Shown here: piece by piece, positions 10,588-20,072 of the stretch | How positions within the stretch are numbered: the first letter of the stretch is position 1 | How the letters are laid out: every line of letters begins with the position of its first letter | Assembly: GCA_963752475.1 (NCBI GenBank) | Contig: CAVVYR010000006.1 | Span: 1-64,000, forward strand | Source: an uncultured Chloroflexia bacterium | Lineage (GTDB): Bacteria; Chloroflexota; Limnocylindria; Limnocylindrales; CSP1-4 | Reading direction: 5' to 3' | Length of the DNA: 64,000 nucleotides | Notes under the pieces: generated by a model | The model's database searches: none | Told to the model about the DNA's origin: nothing | Seen by the model: only the letters and a program-made list of their open reading frames with translations | Translations under genes and position numbers: made by a program

Positions 10588-10887
10588 GTGCATTCGGAGC
10601 CTCGTGCGGTACACAAGGGGAATCAGGTGCGCGCTGAAGTCACCGGCCACGGAGGCCCCACCCCGGGCACCCAAGCCACCGCCGCGGCCGAGCCGAGCCC
10701 GACCGAGCTGATGGCCGAGCTTGCGAGCGCCGGCCTGGTCTCGATCGAGGTGCGCGACGATGGGGACGTCAGCTACGCGCTCACCGAAGCGGGTGAGTCG
10801 ACTGCCCGGTCGATGGCCATGAGCCGCCAACCCTATGCGCTCGTTCTGCTGGGCGCGCTGTTGGGCGCGGAGGAGTACCTCAACTAG
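10588..10887 (+). CDS. Small winged-helix-like hypothetical protein
   Basis: ELASAGLVS..YALTEAG wing motif. Start is uncertain. Confidence 0.55.
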   Translation: MHSEPRAVHKGNQVRAEVTGHGGPTPGTQATAAAEPSPTELMAELASAGLVSIEVRDDGDVSYALTEAGESTARSMAMSRQPYALVLLGALLGAEEYLN

Positions 10888-10931
10888 CACCACATCGGCT
10901 TGGCCGAACGCGCGGGTGGCGAAGCGTTCGC

Positions 10932-11411
10932 TCAGCCGACAGGCTTGGCCAGGTCCTCCATGGCCTCGGCGCCGAGTGCGATGAGGATGGACGGAGGCGC
11001 GTGCACCTTCCTGTCACGACTCCCTCCGCCAAGGATGATCCGTTCGCGCTCCATGACGCGGGCGTCGACCCATAGCGGCAGTCCATCGGGCAGGCCGACC
11101 GGCGTCACGCCGCCGATGGCCATGCCCGTCATCTCCTGGGTCTGCTCCGCGCTCGCGAACGAGGCCTTGCGCGTGCCGAGGCGCTTGCGCACGGCCTTGT
11201 TGACGTCGAGCCGAGTGGTGGCCAGCACGACGCAGGCGGCGAACACCGGAGGGTCGGCCTTGCCCACGACCACGATGGTGTTGGCCGAGTCCTCGGGGGC
11301 ATAGCCGTAGTGCTCGCAGAAGGCGGCCGTGTCGGCCAGCTCGGGATCGCAGGGGATGATCTCGTACTCGATGCCGGTGGCGTCGAGCCGCTCGATGAAA
11401 GGGTCGCTCAT
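10932..11411 (-). CDS. YbaK/EbsC aminoacyl-tRNA deacylase family
   Basis: ANTIVV..KASFAS..TGMAIGGVTPVG..GGGSR. Confidence 0.9.
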   Translation of the reverse strand: MSDPFIERLDATGIEYEIIPCDPELADTAAFCEHYGYAPEDSANTIVVVGKADPPVFAACVVLATTRLDVNKAVRKRLGTRKASFASAEQTQEMTGMAIGGVTPVGLPDGLPLWVDARVMERERIILGGGSRDRKVHAPPSILIALGAEAMEDLAKPVG

Positions 11412-11518
11412 CCCTCGATGGTAGGCGCCATCGCGGGTGTCTTGTCGCGAAGCCCGTGCCCGCCGCCAGCTGGGTATCGGTCAGGCCCTCGGTCGACCGA
11501 GCCAGCTACCATCGACCG

Positions 11519-12772
11519 GTGACGTCGATTCGACCTGCGTTGGCGATGCTCCTCGTGGCCGCCCTGATCCTTACGAGCGCTCTCGGCCCGTCGGTCGCGC
11601 CGGTCGCCGCCCAATCATCGCCGGCCGAGGTGTGTCTGCCGAGCCTGTCCGGTCCCACGCTCGAGCAACTCGTCGGCCAGAAGCTGATGATCACGATGGC
11701 CGGCCGCAAGCCCAGCCAAGCCCTGCTCCGGCGGGTCCGCCGAGGGCAGATCGGTGGTGTCGTCCTGCTCGCGCGCAACGTCGGTACGCGGGCCGGGGTC
11801 ACTCGACTGACACGCCAGCTCCAACGCGCAGCAGCCGAGGGAGGTCAGCCGCCGCTGCTCATCTCGATCGACCAGGAGGGCGGCACCGTGAAGCGTGTGT
11901 CGTGGGCGCCGCCGACAGTGACCGTGCCGGAGATGGGCCGGTTTCGGTCGACGCGGCTCGCCCGGACCCAGGGCGCGCGCACAGGAGAGGCCCTCCGCCG
12001 CCTCGGTATCAACATGGACCTTGCTCCGGTGGCCGACATCCCGCGCTCGGCAGCCTCGTTCATGCTCCGTCAGGGCCGCACGTTCTCGACCGATGCCGCT
12101 CTCACGAGCGAGCTTGCCAACGCCTTCGCTGACGGGCTCATCTCCCGTGGTGTGCTGCCGACGATGAAGCACTTCCCGGGCATCGGGCGCGCGACACGCA
12201 ACACCGACCGCTTCGTCGACACCGTAGCCGCGTCGAAGGCCGCGTTGCGCTCGGACCTACGGCCCTACCGCAAGGCGATCCGTCGCGACATCCCGCTGAT
12301 CATGCTTTCGAACGCCACGTACTCTGCCTACGATCAACGGAATGCGGCTGGCTGGTCGCGCAGGATCGCCACCGGCCTGCTCCGCCACGAACTCGGCTTC
12401 GAGGGCGTCTCCATCACCGACTCGCTGAACGGGACAGCCAACGCGCGCAGCACCACCGTCCGGCGACTTGCGTTCGAAGCGGCGCGAGCTGGCGTCGACA
12501 TGCTCCTCGTCACGGGCTCGGAGCGGGCCTCTGCCTGGCTCTACAGCCGGCTCCTCTCGGATGCCCGCCGTGAGCGGATCCGGCGGTCAGACCTGCGAGC
12601 CTCCTACGATCGGATCATGGCGCTCAAGGAGACGCTGCAGCCTCGTGGCTGGTCGCCCGCGCCCAGTGACTGTGAGCGGACCATCGGCGACTGGCTCCAG
12701 GAGCTCGCCGACCACATCCGCTCCACATACGGGTTCGGCGCGAGGCGCGAGCGAGCTGGAGAGCCACGCTAG
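11519..12772 (+). CDS. Secreted GH3 N-terminal-domain glycosidase (beta-N-acetylhexosaminidase-like)
   Basis: Signal peptide; DQEGG, LAPVAD, KHFPGIG and ITDSL motifs. NTD replaces the NagZ DSH motif. Confidence 0.85.
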   Translation: MTSIRPALAMLLVAALILTSALGPSVAPVAAQSSPAEVCLPSLSGPTLEQLVGQKLMITMAGRKPSQALLRRVRRGQIGGVVLLARNVGTRAGVTRLTRQLQRAAAEGGQPPLLISIDQEGGTVKRVSWAPPTVTVPEMGRFRSTRLARTQGARTGEALRRLGINMDLAPVADIPRSAASFMLRQGRTFSTDAALTSELANAFADGLISRGVLPTMKHFPGIGRATRNTDRFVDTVAASKAALRSDLRPYRKAIRRDIPLIMLSNATYSAYDQRNAAGWSRRIATGLLRHELGFEGVSITDSLNGTANARSTTVRRLAFEAARAGVDMLLVTGSERASAWLYSRLLSDARRERIRRSDLRASYDRIMALKETLQPRGWSPAPSDCERTIGDWLQELADHIRSTYGFGARRERAGEPR

Positions 12773-12833
12773 TGAGTGCCGAACCTGACTCGGACGGCCC
12801 CGAACAAGCCCCCCAACGTGTCATCATCGCGCC

Positions 12834-13286
12834 ATGAAGATCGCCGACGCAGAGACCTCATTCCGAAGCTACCTCGAGGCGCGCGACCTACGGGTGGATC
12901 ACGCTGACGCCGTCGACCTCATCCTGGCCATGATCGACTGGTACGAGGCCGAGCGCGCCGAGGACACGGTCGCCATCGAGGACGATGGCGACCAGCTGCT
13001 TTTCCAGTGGGGCACGTTCGACTGGGGTGACGGCCCAGCCCTGGAGGTCGGGATCTCTCGGCAGTTCATCAGTCTCGACTCTGACGGACCCATCCGCCAG
13101 CTGGCCCTCGTCTTCCGGTACCCGGCGTCCGCCGAGACCGAGAAGCTCTACGACGACGCCTGGTGGTGCCGCGGGCCGGTCGATGTCGCGGGGTTCCGCA
13201 AGGACGTCCGGTCGACCGATGTCGCGCGCTTCGCGACCCGTGGAACGCCGACCGCCAGGCAGCTCGCGTTCGGGAACGCCGGCTGA
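12834..13286 (+). CDS. Hypothetical protein
   Basis: 150 aa with a conserved-looking DGDQLLFQWGTFDW..ISRQF segment. Confidence 0.75.
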   Translation: MKIADAETSFRSYLEARDLRVDHADAVDLILAMIDWYEAERAEDTVAIEDDGDQLLFQWGTFDWGDGPALEVGISRQFISLDSDGPIRQLALVFRYPASAETEKLYDDAWWCRGPVDVAGFRKDVRSTDVARFATRGTPTARQLAFGNAG

Positions 13287-13336
13287 CTTCTGCCGGCGTC
13301 GGCCGAACACGCCCGACCATGTCTCCGCTACATGGA

Positions 13337-13377
13337 TAAGCCCCCGACGTCGACCGACAAGGTCGACATCGGGGGCT
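13337..13377. repeat. Long intergenic hairpin (REP-like or terminator)
   Basis: AGCCCCCGAcGTCGACC-gacaa-GGTCGACaTCGGGGGCT. Confidence 0.6.
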
Positions 13378-13694
13378 CTTGTCCGCCCGCCAAGGGAGTA
13401 GCGGGGTTCACCGAGTCGGAGGAGGTGGAGGAGTGGCCCGGCGAGGGCTCAAGCATCGCCTGCCGACGCGCCCGATTCAAGCGTCACTTCGGCGGCGTCT
13501 CGTTACCGTTTCGGGTTACGACTGGTTGCGCCTTGGCCCCGAACCATGAGTCCTTCCTGTTCGGCCCCGTCTCGATCTTCGGAGGCGCCCGCCGCCTCGA
13601 GCAGCCCACGGGTCGCGACCGGAGCACAGAGGGAGTCGATGGACTTGTCGATGCCGTCTTCAGGGTACCGGGTACCGTACGCACGAAGCGCATA

Positions 13695-13708
13695 TGGTAT
13701 CGTTACCA
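13695..13708. promoter_or_regulatory. Candidate LacI operator (copy 1)
   Basis: TGGTATCGTTACCA, a central-CG palindrome just upstream of the epimerase. Confidence 0.75.
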
Positions 13709-13746
13709 CCATTAGCACTCTGACCGCGAGCGAGGTACCCATCCCG

Positions 13747-14808
13747 ATGCCCCAGGACTTCAACGACACCATCCCCGGAACCGACGTCGCGCGGGGCATG
13801 AACAAGGATGACCTCATCGTCATCGCTGGCGCCGGTGGCTTCATCGCCGGCTCGCTGACCCGCTACTTCGCCGAGCAGGGCTACACCAACATCCGCGCCA
13901 TCGACCGCAAGCCGCTGCCCGACTGGTACCTCCGCGTCCCCGGCGTCGAGTCCATCTCGGCCGACCTCAGCGTCGAGGCCAACGCCATCGAGGCCGTCAA
14001 GGGCGCGGTGGAGGTGTACAACCTCGCCGCCGACATGGGCGGCATGGGCTTCATCGAGAACTTCCGCGTCGAGTGCCTGCGCTCGATCCTCGTGAACACG
14101 CACCTCACCGAGGCCAGCTACCGCGCCGGCGTCGGCCGCTACTTCTTCAGCTCCAGCGCCTGCGCCTACAACACCGACCTGCAGAAGACCAACGAGGTCG
14201 TCGCGCTCAAGGAGTCCGACGCCTACCCCGCGATGGCCGAGCGCGGCTACGGCTGGGAGAAGCTCGTCAGCGAGATGTTCTGCGAGGAGTACTGGGCCGA
14301 GCGTCAGCTCGAGACCCACATCGCCCGCTTCCACAACATCTACGGTCCCAACGGCACCTGGTTCGGCGGCCGCGAGAAGGCGCCGGCGGCGATGTGCCGC
14401 AAGGTCCTCGAGGCCCAGGACAGCGGCGACATGAAGATCGAGATCTGGGGCGACGGCGAGCAGACCCGCTCGTTCTGCTACATCGACGACTGCCTCCACG
14501 GCATCGACCTGATCATGCACACCGACGAGCTCATCGCCACGCCCATCAACCTGGGCTCCAGCGAGATGGTCTCGATCAACCAGCTCGTCGACATCGTCGA
14601 GGACATCGCCGGCGTCAAGCTCGAGCGCGAGTACGACCTCGATGCGCCCAAGGGCGTGGCCGGCCGCAACAGCGACAACACCTTCATCCAGGAGGTCCTC
14701 GGTTGGGAGCCCGACAAGCCGCTCCGTGACGGCATGGCCGAGACCTACGAGTGGATCAGCGAGCAGTTCGCCGCCCGCAAGGCCGGCAAGCGCGTCGTCG
14801 AAGGCTAG
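13747..14808 (+). CDS. GDP-mannose 3,5-epimerase-like NAD-dependent epimerase
   Basis: GAGGFIA, NLAADMGGMGFI, SSAC (catalytic Cys), YGWEK and GGREKAPAA (catalytic Lys), as in GME. Confidence 0.85.
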   Translation: MPQDFNDTIPGTDVARGMNKDDLIVIAGAGGFIAGSLTRYFAEQGYTNIRAIDRKPLPDWYLRVPGVESISADLSVEANAIEAVKGAVEVYNLAADMGGMGFIENFRVECLRSILVNTHLTEASYRAGVGRYFFSSSACAYNTDLQKTNEVVALKESDAYPAMAERGYGWEKLVSEMFCEEYWAERQLETHIARFHNIYGPNGTWFGGREKAPAAMCRKVLEAQDSGDMKIEIWGDGEQTRSFCYIDDCLHGIDLIMHTDELIATPINLGSSEMVSINQLVDIVEDIAGVKLEREYDLDAPKGVAGRNSDNTFIQEVLGWEPDKPLRDGMAETYEWISEQFAARKAGKRVVEG

Positions 14809-14815
14809 GACGGCG

Positions 14816-15628
14816 ATGACGGTGCCTACCAAGGCTCCGCCGACGTCCGCCAGTCTCCAGGGGGCGATCGGCAACTTCCCGTACCGACTTCAGATGGCGG
14901 GCGGCTGGATCGACCAGCCGTTCGTCTCGGAGGCCGACCCCGAGCCGCCGGGCTCGATGGTCGTGGTCTCGATGCTGCCGACCGTGCGCTACATGGAGCG
15001 CAGCGGCATGGCCACCGGCACCCGCCGAGTGGCGCAGCGACTGTGGGGTGACGCGCTCCCGGCCGATCGTGCGCCCGAGGAGCTCGTGCGCGAGCTCTAC
15101 GAGGCTGAGAACGAAGGTCTGGCCGACCCCTCGGGCTCGCAGGACATGTGCGGCCTCATCTATCCCGGCATCAGCCGGCTCGACTACGACGCCTCGGTCG
15201 AGGGCGGCTGGTTCCCCAGCCACATCGAGACCACTTGCGACCCGCAGGTCGTGGCTTGGCTCGAGCGGGTCATCCACCTGGTCCCGCTCGGCCCGCGACC
15301 CGACGGCTACAACCCGCTGCTCACCAAGAACATGGACCCCGCCTGGGTCAAGCGGCTGGGCGACTCGGGGGCGGCTTGCTACGACGCCATCGTGGCCATG
15401 GACCTCGCCGCGCTGGGCGAGTCGCTCAACGAGACCTCCCGTGCGTGGAGGACGATCCTGCCCCACATCTACGAGCACGAGACCATCAAGGACGACCTCT
15501 GGGGTCTGCTCGAGGGCTACATGGCGGAGCACGCCGGCGCCATGCAATCCGGCTGCGGCGGCGGCTACATCATCATCGTCTCGGACGAGCCGCCAGCCGG
15601 TTCCGCCCACATCACGGTGCGCACATGA
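14816..15628 (+). CDS. GHMP-kinase-like sugar kinase
   Basis: PYRLQMAGGWID, RSGMATG, SGSQD and SGCGGGY motifs. Confidence 0.7.
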   Translation: MTVPTKAPPTSASLQGAIGNFPYRLQMAGGWIDQPFVSEADPEPPGSMVVVSMLPTVRYMERSGMATGTRRVAQRLWGDALPADRAPEELVRELYEAENEGLADPSGSQDMCGLIYPGISRLDYDASVEGGWFPSHIETTCDPQVVAWLERVIHLVPLGPRPDGYNPLLTKNMDPAWVKRLGDSGAACYDAIVAMDLAALGESLNETSRAWRTILPHIYEHETIKDDLWGLLEGYMAEHAGAMQSGCGGGYIIIVSDEPPAGSAHITVRT

Positions 15629-16440
15629 CGGCTGGGCGCACGGTCGTCGAATCCAGCCTCGACGACCTTCGCTCCGACGACGTCCGCTTCCTCGAGGAGG
15701 CGGCCGGCGCCGGCGACCTGCACGTCCGCATCCCATCCGACGCTTTGGTGCAGGAGCTGACGGGTTCAGCCCCCAAGTTTCCCGACGCCGAACGCCTTTT
15801 CCTCGCCGAGTCGCTTCGCTGGGTGAGCTCGGCCGAGGTCGTGGACGCGCCGATCGGCTCGGTCATCGAAGCCGTGGCTGCCGAGGCGGGAACGCTCGCG
15901 GTGCGCGCCGAGGACGAGGATCCAGCACTCCGTTCGGCCGCCCGAGCGGCGGACCTCCAGGTCCGGGCCATCAGTCCCGAAGACCGCGCCGGCTTCCCGC
16001 CCATCGAGCCAGGGCCGCTGCCCGAAGGGGCCGAGACGGTCCTGGTCACCGGCTGCTTCGACTGGGTCCACTCGGGGCACATCCGCTTCTTCATGGATGC
16101 GGCCGAGTACGGTCCGCTCTACGTGGTCATCGGCAGCGATCGCAACGTCCGCCTGCTGAAGGGGGAGGGGCATCCGCTGCAGGGTGAGGATGAGCGACGC
16201 TACATGGTCGGCTCGATGAAGCCGGTCCACAGCTGCCTCGTCTCGACCGGTTCCGGCTGGATGGATGCCGAGCCGGAGGTGAAGCGCCTGAAGCCCACGT
16301 TCTACGTGGTCAACGAAGATGGCGACAAGCCGGAGAAGCGCGAGTTCTGCGCCGCGCACGGTCTGCGCTACACGGTCCTGGAGCGGGTTCCGCACGAAGG
16401 GCTGCCGGCCCGCTCGAGCACCGACCTGCGGGGGTTCTAG
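15625..16440 (+). CDS. Cytidylyltransferase-superfamily nucleotidyltransferase (duplicated domain)
   Basis: C-terminal domain has GCFDWVHSGH..SDR..RSST. The N-terminal domain is a degenerate copy. ATGA overlap with the kinase. Confidence 0.85.
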   Translation: MTAGRTVVESSLDDLRSDDVRFLEEAAGAGDLHVRIPSDALVQELTGSAPKFPDAERLFLAESLRWVSSAEVVDAPIGSVIEAVAAEAGTLAVRAEDEDPALRSAARAADLQVRAISPEDRAGFPPIEPGPLPEGAETVLVTGCFDWVHSGHIRFFMDAAEYGPLYVVIGSDRNVRLLKGEGHPLQGEDERRYMVGSMKPVHSCLVSTGSGWMDAEPEVKRLKPTFYVVNEDGDKPEKREFCAAHGLRYTVLERVPHEGLPARSSTDLRGF

Positions 16441-16469
16441 CCCGCGCATCCGGCCCGCGCGCCATTGGG

Positions 16470-16483
16470 TGGTTACGTTACCA
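16470..16483. promoter_or_regulatory. Candidate LacI operator (copy 2, autoregulatory)
   Basis: TGGTTACGTTACCA, immediately before the GGAGG SD of the LacI gene. Confidence 0.7.
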
Positions 16484-16492
16484 TCGGAGGTC

Positions 16493-17497
16493 ATGGCCAC
16501 CGTCCTCGATGTCGCCAAGCGCGCAGGTGTATCGCCGATGACCGTGTCCCGGGTCGTGAACGGCTCCGGGCCGGTCAGCCCCAAGCTGCGCGCGCGCGTC
16601 GAGAAGGCGCTGAAGGAGACGGGCTACGTGCCCAACTCGGTGGCGCGCAACCTGCGCACCAAGCGCACCGACACCATCGGCCTGGTCATGCCCGACATCA
16701 CCAACCCCTTCTTCACCCACGTCGTGCGCGGGATGGAAGTGACGGCGCGTGAGGCTGGGCTGCTGCTGCTGCTGACCAATACCGATCAGCGACAGGACGA
16801 GGAGACGCGCGTGGTCGCGATGCTGCTGCAACGCCAGGTCGACGGCATGCTGGCCATCCCTGCCGGGACCTGCGCCGACACCGCGCGACTGTGCAAGGAG
16901 GCCGAGGTGCCGCTGGTCATCGTCGACCGGCGACCGGAGACACCCGGAAGCATCGACGTCGTGCGTGCCGATGCCGAGGGTGGGGCGTACGAGCTCGGGA
17001 AGCTGCTCGCGGGCCTGGGGCATCAGCATGTGGCCGTCATCACCGGCCCCGAGTACGTGCCCACGGCGGTCGACCGCGCGGCCGGCTTCTCGAAGGCGAT
17101 GGAGGAGGAAGGGCTGCCGGCGCCGACCATCGTGCACGGCGACTTCTCGCTCGAAGGCGGCTATGACATGACCGTGGAGTTGATGAAGCGGGAGCCGCGA
17201 CCGACGGCCATCTTCGCGGCCAACAACTTCCTCGCCATCGGCACGCAGCATGCGATCGAGGAGATGGGCCTGCGGGTGCCGGAGGACGTGGCTCTCGTGG
17301 GCCTCGATGACCTGCCGGCCGAGATGGTGACCTTCCCGTTCCTGACGGTGGCGGCGCAGCCGGCCGAGGAGATGGGGCGCCGCGCGGTCGAACTGCTGCT
17401 CAAGCGCATCAAGGACCCCGAGGCAGCAGCCGAGGAGATCCTGCTCCCGACCGAGCTGACGGTCCGCCGTTCCAGCGGAGACCCACTCCCGGTCTAG
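16493..17497 (+). CDS. LacI-family transcriptional regulator
   Basis: TVLDVAKRAGVSPMTVSRVVN HTH, YVPNSVARNL hinge and a sugar-binding domain. Confidence 0.95.
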   Translation: MATVLDVAKRAGVSPMTVSRVVNGSGPVSPKLRARVEKALKETGYVPNSVARNLRTKRTDTIGLVMPDITNPFFTHVVRGMEVTAREAGLLLLLTNTDQRQDEETRVVAMLLQRQVDGMLAIPAGTCADTARLCKEAEVPLVIVDRRPETPGSIDVVRADAEGGAYELGKLLAGLGHQHVAVITGPEYVPTAVDRAAGFSKAMEEEGLPAPTIVHGDFSLEGGYDMTVELMKREPRPTAIFAANNFLAIGTQHAIEEMGLRVPEDVALVGLDDLPAEMVTFPFLTVAAQPAEEMGRRAVELLLKRIKDPEAAAEEILLPTELTVRRSSGDPLPV

Positions 17498-17769
17498 TGC
17501 TGGTCGGGACTGCTGGTCGGGACCCATCAGCGGCGACTGGCGCGCCTCCGCCGCCGTCCGCCGCCGTAGATCTGACCGTGGGTCTGGCTGTTCACTACGT
17601 GAGCAAACTCGACTGGCGTGGACCCAATCCTTGCCGTTCCTGCTCGCCCGGCGATCACCAGTGGCACTCCTGCTCGCCCACTGAACAGAACCTGCAGGTT
17701 TCCCGTCCGACACGTCGAGATTGCACGTCACATGAACAGCGGCGCAGAAGCAGCGGCCATACTCGGGGC

Positions 17770-18999
17770 ATGCCGCCCATCGCCGATCGACGTTCGTACG
17801 TTGCCCATCTCGAGGCCGCCATCGATGGCACGGTCCTGCCAGCCCGCACGGTGCAGACGACGCACGAGGGCCGGCCGCTGTGGGTGCGCTACGACCTCGA
17901 AGGCATCGCGGCAGCAGTCGATCGCAACGCCCTGCGCGACCGCCCCGACGGGATGTGGCGCTATGCGGAGTTACTGCCGCTCGAGGACGACGCGGCTCGA
18001 GTCTCCCTCGGCGAGCCGCAGACGCCACTCCTCGAAGCACCTCGCCTGGCCGAGCATCTCGGCCTGCGCAACCTGCTCATCAAGGACGAGTCGCGTCTGC
18101 CGACCGGATCGTTCAAGGCGCGCGGCATGGCCATGGCCGTGTCGATGGCCAGGGAGCTGGGCCTCGAGCGGCTGGCAGCTCCGACCGCGGGCAACGCCGG
18201 GAGCGCCCTCGCCGCCTACGCCGCTCGGGCCGGCCTGGAGGCGTACGTCTTCATGCCCGCGGATACGCCCATGGTCAACCGCTACGAGGCCGCGCTGTTC
18301 GGCGCCCAGGCCTATCTCGTCGACGGCCTCATCACCGACTGCGGCGCGATCGTTCGCGACGGCGTCGAAACCATGGGTTGGTTCGACATGAGCACGCTCA
18401 AGGAGCCGTACCGCATCGAGGGCAAGAAGACGATGGGCCTCGAGTTGGCCGACCAACTCGACTGGCGCCTGCCTGATGTCATCCTCTACCCCACCGGCGG
18501 CGGTACCGGCCTCATCGGCATGTGGAAGGCCTTCGCGGAGCTCGAGACGCTGGGCTGGCTCGAGGCGCCGGGCAAGCCGCGGCTCATCTCCTGCCAGTCC
18601 GATGGCTGCGCGCCCATCGCTACCGCCTACGCGGCCGGTGAGCGGTTCGCCGAGCCCGCCGCCGATGCCCACACCATCGCCAGCGGCATCCGCGTGCCGG
18701 CGGCCGTGGGCGACTTCATGATCCTCGACGCGGTCCGCGCATCCGGCGGAGCGGCGCTGGCCGCCGACGAGTCGAAGCTGACCGAGTGGATGCGCGAGGC
18801 CAACGCACTCGAGGGCATCGCGCTATGCCCCGAGGCTGCCGCCTGCCTGGACGTTCTCGCAGGCCTCGTGCGAGACGGCGACGTCGACCCCGACGAGCAG
18901 GTCGTCATCTTCAACACCGGCGCGGCGCAGAAGTACGTGGAGGCCATCGCCGTCGACCTCCCGACGGTCGAGCCGCCCGTGGACTACGGCTCTCTCTAG
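17770..18999 (+). CDS. thrC: Threonine synthase
   Basis: PTGSFKARG PLP lysine, TAGNAG, EPYRIEGKKT and PTGGGTG. Confidence 0.85.
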   Translation: MPPIADRRSYVAHLEAAIDGTVLPARTVQTTHEGRPLWVRYDLEGIAAAVDRNALRDRPDGMWRYAELLPLEDDAARVSLGEPQTPLLEAPRLAEHLGLRNLLIKDESRLPTGSFKARGMAMAVSMARELGLERLAAPTAGNAGSALAAYAARAGLEAYVFMPADTPMVNRYEAALFGAQAYLVDGLITDCGAIVRDGVETMGWFDMSTLKEPYRIEGKKTMGLELADQLDWRLPDVILYPTGGGTGLIGMWKAFAELETLGWLEAPGKPRLISCQSDGCAPIATAYAAGERFAEPAADAHTIASGIRVPAAVGDFMILDAVRASGGAALAADESKLTEWMREANALEGIALCPEAAACLDVLAGLVRDGDVDPDEQVVIFNTGAAQKYVEAIAVDLPTVEPPVDYGSL

Positions 19000-19494
19000 C
19001 CTCGATGGTCCGCGCGGTTCGGGTCCCAGAACCCTTCGTGCACGGTGGCCGCTTCCGGTAGGTCGGCCGGTCCCTCGACCTCGATCTCGCGTTGACCAGC
19101 CGCGAGGACCGTCTTCGCCGAGAGGTGCATCGTGGGGTTCTCGGGGTCGGCGCCGGTGAACTCGCCCAAACGCGATTCCGGCAGGGCGTAGACGACACGA
19201 CCGATGCCGCTCCAGTAGATGCCGCCGGCGCACATGGCGCAGGGCTCGGTGCTGCTGTAGAGCGTGGTCTCGGCCAGTTCGGCCTCGGTGAAGCGCCCGG
19301 ACGCGAGGCGCACGAGGTTCAGCTCGGCGTGGCCGGTCACATCGCGTTCGGTGGTGACGGTGTTCTCCGCCTCCAGCAGCACGTCGCCCGACGGTGAGGT
19401 GAGCACGGCGCCGAACGGGATGGTTGCCGGCATCACGTGCCCGAGCGGCCACATCGATAGCCAGGCGAAGCGATCGAAGATCGTCGGCATCCAT
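18996..19494 (-). CDS. Nucleoside deaminase (cytidine-deaminase superfamily), frameshift near 19418
   Basis: HAE and EPCAMC motifs. The N-terminus MDADD..AGNHP continues as FGAVL in another frame. Confidence 0.85.
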
Positions 19495-19523
19495 GGCCCG
19501 ATGGTAGCGGCATGCAGCCGTCG

Positions 19524-20050
19524 CTATGCTCGTGTGACAAGGAGGGAGTTCAGCCGGCCGGCAGCCTCGTTCTCGAACGACCAGCTCGCCACGGCCGCGG
19601 TGCAGGCGTCATCGCCGGTGCCGGGTCGCGTGTCCGGCCCGAAGGGCGAGACGTCCTCCGCGGGGCAGGTCCAGGCGCTGACGGTCTTGCGTGCGAGGAC
19701 CATTGCCTCGAGCTCCTTGGGATAGAGCCGCAGCTTGACCTCGCCGCTCGGTGCCGGGGCCGTGGTGGTGGCCCGCTTCACGCTGGGCTGCACGATCTTC
19801 GTCTTGACGTTCGCCGCACTCGGGCCGATGGGCACGAAGCGGATGGCATCGGCAGCGACCATCCGACGCAGCCGGCGCTTCTCACCGGTCTTGTCGGTCA
19901 GGCGGACCGTGCCCCACCAGCCGAAGTCGAAGGCGCCGAGGTTGACCCAGCGGCCGCGACTGGCCTTCTGGTTGCGAGCGCGAGTGACCTTGCCGCTCGT
20001 CGTCCAGATCGTGTACACCGCGCGGCGCGTGGTGGCGTGGCGCTTGGGCA
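19524..20050 (-). pseudogene. Golvesin/xanthan-lyase CBM-like domain, probably 5'-truncated
   Basis: AVYTI..NQ..GRWVNLGAFDF..VRLTD..VAADAIRFV. No clear start; abuts the divergent SIP gene. Confidence 0.5.
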
Positions 20051-20072
20051 ATGTGGTCGACAAGGAAGGAAG

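Noticed and set aside
13390-13420. c-di-GMP-I riboswitch, suggested by a GTAGCGGGGTT-like 3' segment
   Set aside because: The 5' GGCAAA..GAAA..GACGCAAAG elements are absent.
19410-19425. Programmed ribosomal frameshifts in the deaminase, SIP or dehydrogenase genes
   Set aside because: There are no slippery heptamers, and multiple unrelated indels point to sequencing error.
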